A DNA stretch of 59,040 bases, filler included, from Circinaria calcarea (lineage: Eukaryota): the NCBI GenBank assembly GCA_051942165.1. It is 4 parts of 4 records of this genome, joined end to end, with 100 filler letters (N's around TTAATTAATTAA, not from the genome) between each part and the next. Parts side by side here need not be neighbours in the genome. Positions count along the whole stretch, not along the records: positions 1 to 14,750 come from JAVECS010000408.1; positions 14,851 to 29,528 come from JAVECS010000410.1; 2 more parts are not named here. One strand, given 5' to 3'. Of the stretch, positions 12,401-22,200 are shown piece after piece. The notes below the pieces were generated by a model. It saw only the letters and a program-made list of their open reading frames with translations. It made no database searches and was not told the DNA's origin. Position numbers and translations under genes: made by a program. Each line of letters begins with the position of its first letter. The stretch's first letter is position 1.

Positions 12401-13987
12401 ATATCTCCTCCCAAATGCCACTTAAAAAATCAGATTTAGTCACCTTTTCAACCTCTGGGTTCGAATCTTTCAGATCCACTAACATTGATGAAGTTGGCAG
12501 TATTTCACCGGGGTTTTCTATGGACATCCTGCCCCAGATGCCATTTGACGAAGCGGTAACTGTGCCCTTCCCAACGTCCTGGTTTGAATCGAGTAAACCT
12601 CACGGCATTGATGAATTCGGTCTCCCGCCTTTGTCCCCACCCTTGAAACGAGAAGAGAGATCAAAGCAAGCCATCAAGGATGATTTTTTACCCTTAATGA
12701 GCACCCATGTTCAGGATGCTTCTAATCTTGAGACAGAGTTCATTGCTGCCCGATTGCCGGCATTTGGGCCACCCAGAGTAGACCACAATACTATCCAAGC
12801 TGCAGAGAACCTCCAATCTGATCATGGACAGATAACTAAGCAAGTGGAGAGTTTCCCAAACAGTGACCAACCCACAACAAGCCCAACGAAGGCACCAATA
12901 GGACCTATGGGCCTAAGTCCCCAGACTTTTCCGCTGGCAATACTAGCTAGCGAATATTCCAGAAAGAGGAGCTGGAAGATGAGAGAAACGAGTGCTGATA
13001 GTGAAGAGTCCACCTATGAAGCTGTTGGAACACTGAAGCCAGTGCTCGTAACAAGCAGCGTCAAGAAAGGTGTGTGGTGGAACAGGCACAAGCTACCGTC
13101 TGACGGGTTAGACTCGCCGTTGGGAAAGAAAGCCAAGAAGCAAGAGGGTTCGGATTTACTGCCTCGAGGAAAGACACCGACAAATTTTCTAGAGGATGGC
13201 GTAAGGGTTACTGAGGACATTATGGTCACAAAGCCGCTTGTGTTGCTCGAGCAATTACCTAAAAGCGAGAAGCAGAGCGTGGAGGAACCACGTAAAAACT
13301 CAGATCAGAACATGGAGGAACCGAGCAAAGGCGAGGACCAGAGTATAGAGGAGTCGAGCAAAGGCGAGGACAAGAGCATGGAAGAACCGACCAAAGGCGA
13401 GGACCAGAGCATGGAGGAACCGACCAAAGGCGAGGATCAAACGGGAAGCGTACAAATTCACAGCATGTTTACGGATGACTCGAAATTTGAAAAGGAGCAA
13501 CGAAGCATTATCTCGACGGACGAAGAGACAGAGATACCAACCAAGGAGCATCAGGTACGTACGGATGACTCAAAGGTCGAACAGGATCACCGGAGCACTG
13601 GCTTGGACGACAACAAGATACTACCCGAGCAGAGTCCGGTATGCACGGATGACTCGAAACCCGAAGAGGAGAACCAAAGCACTGTCTTGACAGGCGATGA
13701 GACACTACCTAAGGAGATTTCAGTACGTATGGATGACTCCAAACTTGAAAAGAAGCATCGAAGCACTGCCTCGGAGGACAACAAGACACCAATCAAACAG
13801 AGTCCGGTACGTGGGCAAGATCTAATCTATTTTTGCATAAAGTTACTGACGCTATAAGAGCAAGATCAAGAAATCAATCGGATCATCGACTCCATCTCTG
13901 AAAGCCTCTCCTGGAAGGGTACACCGAAAATCCAAATCCAAAAAAGGGAATCAGCAATGGAGTCCTCAGAGGGGGAAAAGATGGTGA
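9418..13987 (+). CDS. Large (~1500 aa) Ser/Pro/Thr-rich orphan protein with several internal repeat families
   Basis: 4.4-kb open frame from ATG 9418 (MSFLKTRLSQ). Probable terminal intron from GTACGT at 13807 (ACTGAC branch, AAG acceptor ~13858) to a short last exon ending TGA 13985-13987. Confidence 0.65.
11990..12590 (+). repeat. Degenerate coding repeat SPx(F/L)(S/P)MDILPQMPFDExxxVPxPxSWFE, 4-5 copies
   Basis: Repeated ATGGACATxxxxCCxCAxATGCCATTTGA and TCxTGGTTTGA blocks visible in DNA and translation. Confidence 0.8.
13270..13440 (+). repeat. 33-nt coding tandem repeat (EDQSMEEPTKG), ~5 copies
   Basis: Repeated AAAGGCGAGGACCAGAGCATGGAGGAACCGACC-like units. Confidence 0.85.
13465..13812 (+). 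repeat. ~84-nt coding repeat (VRTDDSK...RST...), 4 copies
   Basis: A(C/T)GGATGACTC at 13471, 13561, 13645 and 13729. Confidence 0.8.
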
Positions 13988-14750
13988 AGAGAGACGATCC
14001 GAACTTTGGCGTCGTCGATGCATTTCCGCGTGTAGTGAAGCACGTCCGTCGGGATTTTTCTGAGATGTCGGCGGTTTCCACGGAGGGAGACTTTTGATTC
14101 GGTTGTTGGAAGTGGGAGCGAGTGTCCATGCCATAAAGGAGAGTGGTGGAGGAAATTAAGTTGTTGGGGTCAGGGTGTTTTAGCATTGTTTTGGGAGTAA
14201 CAGTTGGATTCCGTATTCCCTACCGACGGTACCTTTTTCTTCTGAAAGTCTTTTGTTTTCTTCCACTTTGGTTGTATATCTATTTTGTCCTGATGGGCAT
14301 TGAGTGGCGCTAGGCATCGGATTGGAGCTACTCGCAGCGGCTTTGAGATGCTTAACTTTGTATGTTTAGTCTGCAGGTCCTTTTTCCGTCCTTTACGAGC
14401 GGCTTTCAAGAACGAAGCTAGAATAGGTATAGAAGGCGCTGTCCTTTGAGAGTTTGTGTATCCATAGTTTATTGACGGTTTGTACATAAAATAACCTCGA
14501 AGTTCTACAAAAATCCAGCAGCATAGAAGCAACGCTTTGTTGCAAAGTTGCAACTTCGTTCCTTGATGGTTTTGGACTCCTACGGATTTGCAAATTGCAA
14601 TTTTATGCCCCGTCCGGTCTGATTATTGATTGGGAGTTTGGGATCTCGGCCTATTTCTCCGTGTTCGTGTCATTCTCCCTCATGCTCTAATCTTGCAACT
14701 TTTTACATGTACGGGGGGAGGGAAGGGGGGGATTGGGATTGGGATTGGGA

Positions 14751-14850
14751 NNNNNNNNNNNNNNNNNNNNNNNNNNNNNNNNNNNNNNNNNNNNTTAATT
14801 AATTAANNNNNNNNNNNNNNNNNNNNNNNNNNNNNNNNNNNNNNNNNNNN
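14751..14850. other. Assembly gap with artificial six-frame-stop linker
   Basis: 44 N + TTAATTAATTAA + 44 N; identical construct at three places. Confidence 0.97.
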
Positions 14851-15224
14851 GGTGAGAGGGGGTGAGGGCGGGGATGGGGGATTTCCTTATGTTTGGCATG
14901 ATGGCCTTGGGTTTCTTTCCTGAGAAATCAGGGCATTAGAATCTTGTCACTGCAATTTCGCCGAATTGGGAATATCGATATTGCGATTGAATTGAGTCGA
15001 TCTAGTACTATTGAAGAATTGGTGATTGTCATTTGTGTCATTGAGTTGAACATTATCAGCCGTGAACGTTGGATTTTCTGGTAATTGGAAGAAGTACACA
15101 ATCGAAGCGACTGGAAGACACTGTATGCAGTTTCTTCCTTATCCCTTCTCATCCCGAGCGCAATGTCTGACACCCACCGCTGCAAGGCAACCTTTTCATT
15201 GTTGCAACGGCATGCTGCATCGCC

Positions 15225-16610
15225 ATGTCCTCTCCATCTGCCTCTGCCTCTGCCTCTGCCTTCCTCCAGTTCTGGTGGACCGACAGAACCCGCAACACCT
15301 TTCTCTCCTGTCTCCCTCGAGAAGATCTCGCCTCCCTACGCCTGGCCTGTCATGATTTCGGGATCCGGGTGGCGCCGCTGCTCTTCGAGGAGATTACCGT
15401 CCACTTCCGCTCCAGTACTTTCACCAAGCCTGCTCGCATGGCGGCTTTGGATAGGATAGGACAGCACGTTCGGACACTGACGTTCACTATGGCTCATGGA
15501 CCGGAGACCTTCCTCCCTCCGTTATTAGACTCGATCACTGGCGAGGAAGTCACGTTCGAGTATGAGCCGTACTGCAATACAAGTCGGACTTCAGCAGCAC
15601 GACTTAGTGCGCCTACGTACGGTAGCTGGGGAATGACCGATCTGTTGGTGAAACAATATCCGCCACTCTTCCACTCCGCAGCAAATGTACCCTCGTTCAT
15701 ACGGGCCTTCACCGCCGTTAAGAACCTAAAACATCTCAAGATATCCTGTCCGGGGCAAGAACCAGCACAACGGTTTCGAAGGGGTATCGTGGACTACGCT
15801 TTGATATCTCTCCGGATAGCAGTTGAAAGGAGTGGACTATCGGCACTCGACACCCTATCGCTTGTCGAGATACATCCTGGCGCGGTCCTCTATCTCAACC
15901 CTATCATGGGTTTCGGAGCATTGCCAAACTCTGCCAAACGCTGGAAGCAGATCCGAAAACTAGCGATCCACATGGACACCATCCCCTTTGGTGCCAGACA
16001 CGCAATCGACCACCTCAAGCTCCTCCACTCCTACCTCCAGAACTTCTCCTCCTCGCTCCGGCGACTGATCTTCCGGTGGAACGGCGACAAAGGTCCCTTC
16101 CCACTCTCCCTCGGTTCCGAACCCTCCCTCCAGGAACGGAGTCCTCCTCTCGCCTGCCCGCGCCGCTGTCATCTCGCCCTGCGTCCTCTCAGTTTCGCGC
16201 GCCTGCGCTACATGGAAGTCGAGAACGCACTGCTGGACGCGTCGCAGGTTTCGAGTTTCATCACCACGCACCGGCGCTCGATATGTGAGTTTAACTTCGA
16301 GGACTCGGATCTGCGGTCCGGGACGTGGGACGAGGCCCTGGCGCCGCTGACGCGCATCAGCGGCAGCGAGAAGTGGAAGGAGAAGTCGGAGGAGGTCATG
16401 GACGTGCCGCTCATCCTGAGTCCGGTGGGCATGGAGGAAGGGCAGATGGAGAAGGTGTGGCGCGAGTATGCGACAACGAGGGTACGGAGTCCTTATCCGT
16501 CGTCGAGAGGCGGGTGGCAGAAGGCGAGTGCGAAGGGGAGGGGGTTGTTCTGGGGCACGCCGGAGCATCATATGAGGAAGTTCTTTCGGAGCTCGGCTTT
16601 TTGGCGGTAA
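15225..16610 (+). CDS. Conserved fungal hypothetical protein (461 aa) with F-box-like N-terminus
   Basis: Single-exon ORF. FLSCLPREDLASLRLACHDF...PLLFEEI resembles an F-box helix, followed by LRR-like LxxLxI segments. Confidence 0.75.
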   Translation: MSSPSASASASAFLQFWWTDRTRNTFLSCLPREDLASLRLACHDFGIRVAPLLFEEITVHFRSSTFTKPARMAALDRIGQHVRTLTFTMAHGPETFLPPLLDSITGEEVTFEYEPYCNTSRTSAARLSAPTYGSWGMTDLLVKQYPPLFHSAANVPSFIRAFTAVKNLKHLKISCPGQEPAQRFRRGIVDYALISLRIAVERSGLSALDTLSLVEIHPGAVLYLNPIMGFGALPNSAKRWKQIRKLAIHMDTIPFGARHAIDHLKLLHSYLQNFSSSLRRLIFRWNGDKGPFPLSLGSEPSLQERSPPLACPRRCHLALRPLSFARLRYMEVENALLDASQVSSFITTHRRSICEFNFEDSDLRSGTWDEALAPLTRISGSEKWKEKSEEVMDVPLILSPVGMEEGQMEKVWREYATTRVRSPYPSSRGGWQKASAKGRGLFWGTPEHHMRKFFRSSAFWR

Positions 16611-17816
16611 GGGGGGAGGGAAGATGGGGCCGTTTGATGATTGATTTGCAGATGATGAATGCCATGGTCTTTGTCTAGGAATGGACCGAATACCCCTGGA
16701 GACTAGGTTACTCTTTTGAATTGTAACCTCATTTTAATTTCCACTGTTAATATCGCCATATCTCGAAGAGCTGGGCCTAGACCTCAACATCCAAAGCCCA
16801 CATCTATACGATTATGAAAGCCTCGAAGAGGTGTTTGGAGAGCAACCTGTAGTGATGCCGCGCTTACGAAAACTGGCACTATTTGTCGTGTCCAACGAAA
16901 GGAAAGACATTATTAATCCGGCTGAAGGCGCATCGTGAGACGTAGGAGGCATTGGTAATGAGAAACATTTTCTTTGCGGAACAGGGTATCCTGATTGGGC
17001 AGCCGGTGTGGGAAGAGGTCCGGGAGGAAGTCCTAAAGCTGCCGCTTAGGCAACTTGTGATGACCGAAATGAAGGCATTCGAGAATGCTAATTACTACGT
17101 ACCGTAGCTTGACCATCCAGAGATATCTCATCTAAGCAAGGAACTGAAAAACTGTGAGTATTGTTTTCTGAGCCAGCTATAAGTTCTGTTATATTCACAG
17201 GATGCAGCCGATCCGATGGTAGCTTGTGGATCGAATCCCAGAGGGTAATTAAAAATTAAAGGAGCATAGCAGAGAAAAGGTAAACACTGTAATGTAGAGA
17301 AATGAGATGTACGAAGTTAAATACCGTATAGCGGTAGGGAGAACCTTAAAACTGTTCGAGGCCGGTGTGAAAAATCGCTACCGAAATAATAATATAATAG
17401 TGGAAGACCCCTTATAAAGGGTTAGCTCATTAAAGACTTAGAAGTCTTGAAGGTATAGAAATCCGGAACAAAAGACTGGACTTATAGGTAGTGAAAACGC
17501 AGCACCCCTACACTGCTCTAATCACCAGCCTCGACTACGGGCGACCATATGGTAATATTGTACGGTTAATCATTTGCATTTTGCATCAGTGATGCCTCGG
17601 ATGCTTAGCGCGTGTCCGGAGTTTATCACATGCTTCTGTCTGATCTCACGACGTAAAAGACTCGCTTTGTATGGAACAACTTCCAATCTCCCAATCTCCC
17701 TTGGCGACTGGTTCTAAAATCTCATACTCGATAGTAAATCAGCCAGGATCTCGACGACGCATTATTTTTAGTCCTATCATTCTGTTGCGAAGCCGCAGCC
17801 CGATACCACCACAGTC

Positions 17817-18393
17817 ATGTCCTTGAAGAACGGTATGACCATGAGCTATCTGCCCGTCAAGTCGAGTCCCTAATTGCAGTGACTATAAGATGCCTTTCCT
17901 TCCTCTATTGCCTTCGATGCCATCAAAAGCTCCCTCCAATCCGACGACGCGGAGCGCAAAGACGCAATCAAAAAGGGCAATGCCGTATTTGCATTCATCC
18001 TGAAAAACAAAGAAGGGGAAACGTCGAGTTGGTTCATAGATCTGAAAGAGAAGGGAGAGGTAGCTCAGGGAGAAGCTCCTGCGGGGAAGAAGGCAGACGG
18101 TGAGTCTCACTGGTCACCGGGCTATATGGGCAGAAGTCGAAGGCTCTGGGGCCAGACAGTTCAACATATTGGCATCCTTAATCTCAAGAGGGTTAGAAGA
18201 CCACAGGCTGATAAACTTCCTGGATATAGTTACGTTATCATTATCCGATGAAGACTTTGACAAGTTGGTCAGCGGCAAAACACAGGCACAGCGGCTATTT
18301 ATGTCGGGGAAGCTGAAGGTCAAAGGAGATGTGATGAAGGCAACAAAGATGGAGCCGATCCTAAAGAGAGCGCAGACCAAGGCGAAGCTGTAA
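17817..18393 (+). CDS. SCP2 sterol-carrier/lipid-transfer protein, peroxisomal, 3 exons
   Basis: Introns 17833-17889 and 18100-18229 give MSLKND|AFPSS...WFIDLKEKG...KKAD|VTLSLSDEDF...AQRLFMSGKLKVKGDVMKATKME. C-terminal AKL is a PTS1 signal. Confidence 0.92.
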
Positions 18394-19234
18394 ATGGATT
18401 TGGGAGATTCGAGTCATGCTATGTAATGACTAGATTCATTGGATTTAGGAGGGAGATCCATGCTCCTGTAAACCTCGAGTTATTGTGGAAGTGCATATTA
18501 GAGTAGGCGTAAGACAGCCAATTGATTATAGGTTCCCTCATACAACGATCAAGTCCCAGTGAGTCCACCCTACACTAGGTATACTACTTTACTCTGTGCC
18601 TTTCCAGACAGAGGTAAACGTCACCAGGTTTAATACTACAATGACCTTGTCGGAAGCAAAAGCGCGTTTTGTTCCACCGTGAAAGCAGGACACGCTGAAT
18701 ATCAACCGAAGCGTTGCATCTGCAAAGTAATTAAATAAGGTAGACGTATGTATCAAGCACACGAAGGTTGAAAAGGCGCAAACAACGGCCCATGACGCAC
18801 GCCCCTGAAGATCGTCAGCACTCAGCACGTTCCCCCACGACGTAAACTCTGACTAAGCAGAATTAATTGTTTTCGGTTGTGTCACGGCAATCAAACTACG
18901 CTTCATCCCCGAGCTGACCTCAAGGAAGCACCGAGTACATCAACACACTTTGTCCGGCTTGCGCCCTGCCCCGAGTAACGGATCGCTTAGGTTGGAGCGC
19001 GAAGCAAGCAGTGAATGGTAGATGGACCGTTTCCTAGACTCAGTGTTGATGCTGGATTTCCGCCTGTAGGGTTCTTAACGTTGCGCGAGTCTTCCACTTC
19101 ATTGTAGATACATCATCTCCTCCTCGACGAGAACATCATCTGCCTACCTCGAAGGCTTTCTTTTCTACAAGCACCTCAGATATCTACGGCGACGGGGTTA
19201 CGGTACAACCTACATACATATTCAGACAGCGGCC

Positions 19235-22200
19235 ATGTCGAAACGCGCAGCGGAGGTGCAGGGGGATAAAAACGGGTGGTTCAAGGCAATACCAGGCTCG
19301 GATGCGAATGGTACGGCGATGCCGGCCAGGGCGACAGCCTCCCAGATGGCGAGGAGAAAGTAAGTTGATTTTACCGTAGTCACCCATGTCATCGTCGTTT
19401 GTGAATGCCTGCGTTCACCGTGTTTTGCCCTACCACAACGCTACCCGTAGCACCTTATTTACCACCTCGCTTCCACAACAATACACCTTCATAACACACA
19501 CTTCCGTTGCACGTTGCACGTTGCACACTGCACACTGCACTTGCTTGTAGCTCTCTTTGAAACGCACTACCTCTATCTATCATGGGCAACTCGTCAGATT
19601 TCGAAGAGGACATTGAAGACCTCGCGGATCATCTTGACTTGAAGCTCGATTTTGACCCCCTCGAAGACTTTAATCCAAATGACCCGCCTTCCCCAAAAAC
19701 AGAACCATATGAACCGTCACCAGAGTCATTGCGCAGGCAGAATGAACTACTAGCGATTAATAACTCGATTCATAGGCTCGCAACCCCAAGAGGGCACGCC
19801 AGGAAGGCAATCCAACAGGTATTTCCCGCCCCTTCAAAGAACATCAACCCGAGTCTTGTCAATAACCCATAGCAACAGCAAAGTGGGGGATCCCAGAGCT
19901 CGGCGCAAGCAAGCACCAGCAATCAAGCAACAGGCACAACCTCTAACCCCGATGGAGTCAATCTTTTCCAGGCTCAAGGTTTTACCGCCAGCACCACCTT
20001 TGACTTCAGCGCTCCCAGCTTCGCGCCAAGTCCGTTCGCTGCTTCAGCCAGCACAGACAAAGGCAAAGGCAAAGCCACGGAGCCACCAGTAGATCCTAAA
20101 TGGAAATCAGTCCCACTGGAGTATGGCACTCAGTACAGATTGAATTCGGATGATCCAGACAAGAAGCTTTCCTTTTATAGAGATCCCGCACTTGAAGTTG
20201 CTCCACAATGGGCCGCGAGCTCTCCATACCACCATAGCAAAACCCCAGCCATTGATGCCCTCACCGGGTCCACTGCAGCTCAAGATAGCTCATCCTCGGC
20301 AACTGGAGCTAGTCAAAATGCGACTCAGCCTCAGCAAGCTCAACCGAGCTCCAATATCCCTGGCTTATTTGCAAACACAGGTCCGCAGGCTATATCTGCA
20401 TTTACACCTACATTTACAGCCCAGAAGCCCACACAGTCTGCACCAGGTGTTTACAGCATCCAACAGCTGCCGCAGAAGAATCCAGGTGATTTTGGTTTGA
20501 GTAAACCTAATCAGTCCACATCCGACCCCAACTCATCTGGTAGTAATGCCAACTCTCAGTCACAATCATCTTCGACTTTTACTGCCTCCAATAATGGGGA
20601 AGTGCCACATCCATTTGGAAAAGATATGGCCAAGCAAACTCAGCAAATATCAGGCTCGAACTCATCTGTTAACAATACAAAGACTCAGCCACAACCGGCA
20701 ACTGCATTTCAAAAGGAAATTGCCCGATTATTCCCACCATCAAACTCGAACTCGACCAGTAACAATACCAATAATCAACCACAAGCATCAACCCCAGTCA
20801 CGCAAACTATGCACAACGGCCAAGAAACCCAGTCATCCTCGAATCCGTTCGCTAAGTTTACGAGTCAACCTCAAACACAGACACCGTCACCCTCGAGTCC
20901 TTTTGCTTCCAACAATGGACAGCAGTCTCAGCCAATGTCAAGTGTCTTTAGTCAACCCACAAATCAGCAGCAGACTCAGTCAACTTTCAATGGGTTTGGC
21001 AATAATACGAACCATTCACAAGGACAAGCACAGTCACCTACTGGTCCTTTTTCGCAGTCTTTCAATAAAGCACAGCAATCTCTACCAACATCCAGCCTCT
21101 TTGGTCATTCTGCAAACCAGCGACAACAAACTCAGCCAGGCCGAAGCATCTTTGATCGCGTTTCAGGTCGGCAGGAGTCTCAAACTGACTCGGAGATGGG
21201 TGATGAGTCTATGCAGAATCAATCCTCACAGCAAAATTCCAATGCCTTTGGTCAGAGTTCGAACCAGCAATCAAGCTCCAATATGTTCGGCCAGACTAGC
21301 AGTCAGCAGCAGCCATCGGTCCAGGCAAGCGCCAGTGTGCTTGCGAACCAAAAGCCGCTGCCAACACTGCAGGCAAACTCGACCATCTTCAGTAACCTTG
21401 TAAACCAGAAGCCGTTACCGTCGTTCCAGCCAAGCTCCAGTGGGTTTGGTCAGACCAGCAGCTCGCAGCAACAATCCCAGCCAAGCTCGAATTTCTTTGG
21501 TCAAAATACGAACCAGCAGCAACAATCGGTCCAGGGAAACTCCGAGGTGTTTAACCAATTTCCAAATCAGCAGCAACAACCTCAGGCAAACTCGAGTGTC
21601 TTTGGTCAGTTTCCAAATCAGCAGCAACAATCTCAGCCAAGCTCGAGCGTCTTTGGCCAGAACGTAAGCCAACAGCAACAATCTCAGCCCAGCTCGAGTG
21701 TCTTTGGTCAGTTTCCAAATCAGCAGCAGCAATCTCAGCCGAGCCCGAGTGTCTTTGGTCAGAATACAAACCAACAGCAACAACCTCAGGTAAGCTCGAG
21801 TTTCTTTGGTCAGTTTCCAAATCAGCAGCAGCAATCTCAGCCGAGCCCGAGTGTCTTTGGTCAGAACGCAAACCAACAGCAACTACCTCAGGCAAGCCGT
21901 AGCATTTTTGATCGCATCTCATACCAGCCGCAGGCTACTCAGTCGCCGTCCATGGTTTTCAATCAACCCGCGGGTCAACAACAGCAGCCACAGTCCGGAG
22001 TAGGCTCGTTCAACCAGCCATCGATGCCACAACAACCGCAGCTGGCGTTTAGCGGTTTTGGACAAAACACGTACCAACCACAAGCTGATCAGAGTCAGGG
22101 CTCCTACGGAACGATTAACAATTCACAAGCTCAACCACAGCAAGTGAGCAACACAACTAGCGGCGATGATGCCATTATGGTCTCGCCTCCTGATTCGCCC

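Noticed and set aside
14795..14806. TTAATTAATTAA palindrome repeated three times in the window
   Set aside because: Always centred in 44+44 N; an artificial scaffolding linker with stops in all frames, not biology.
16740..17107. LRR-like fragment (YLEELGLDL...MPRLRKLALF)
   Set aside because: Interrupted by stops, with no start; cannot support more than a possible pseudogene remnant.
21440..21910. Regularly spaced repeats resembling a CRISPR array
   Set aside because: Eukaryotic coding FG/Q repeat with no unique spacers and no cas genes.
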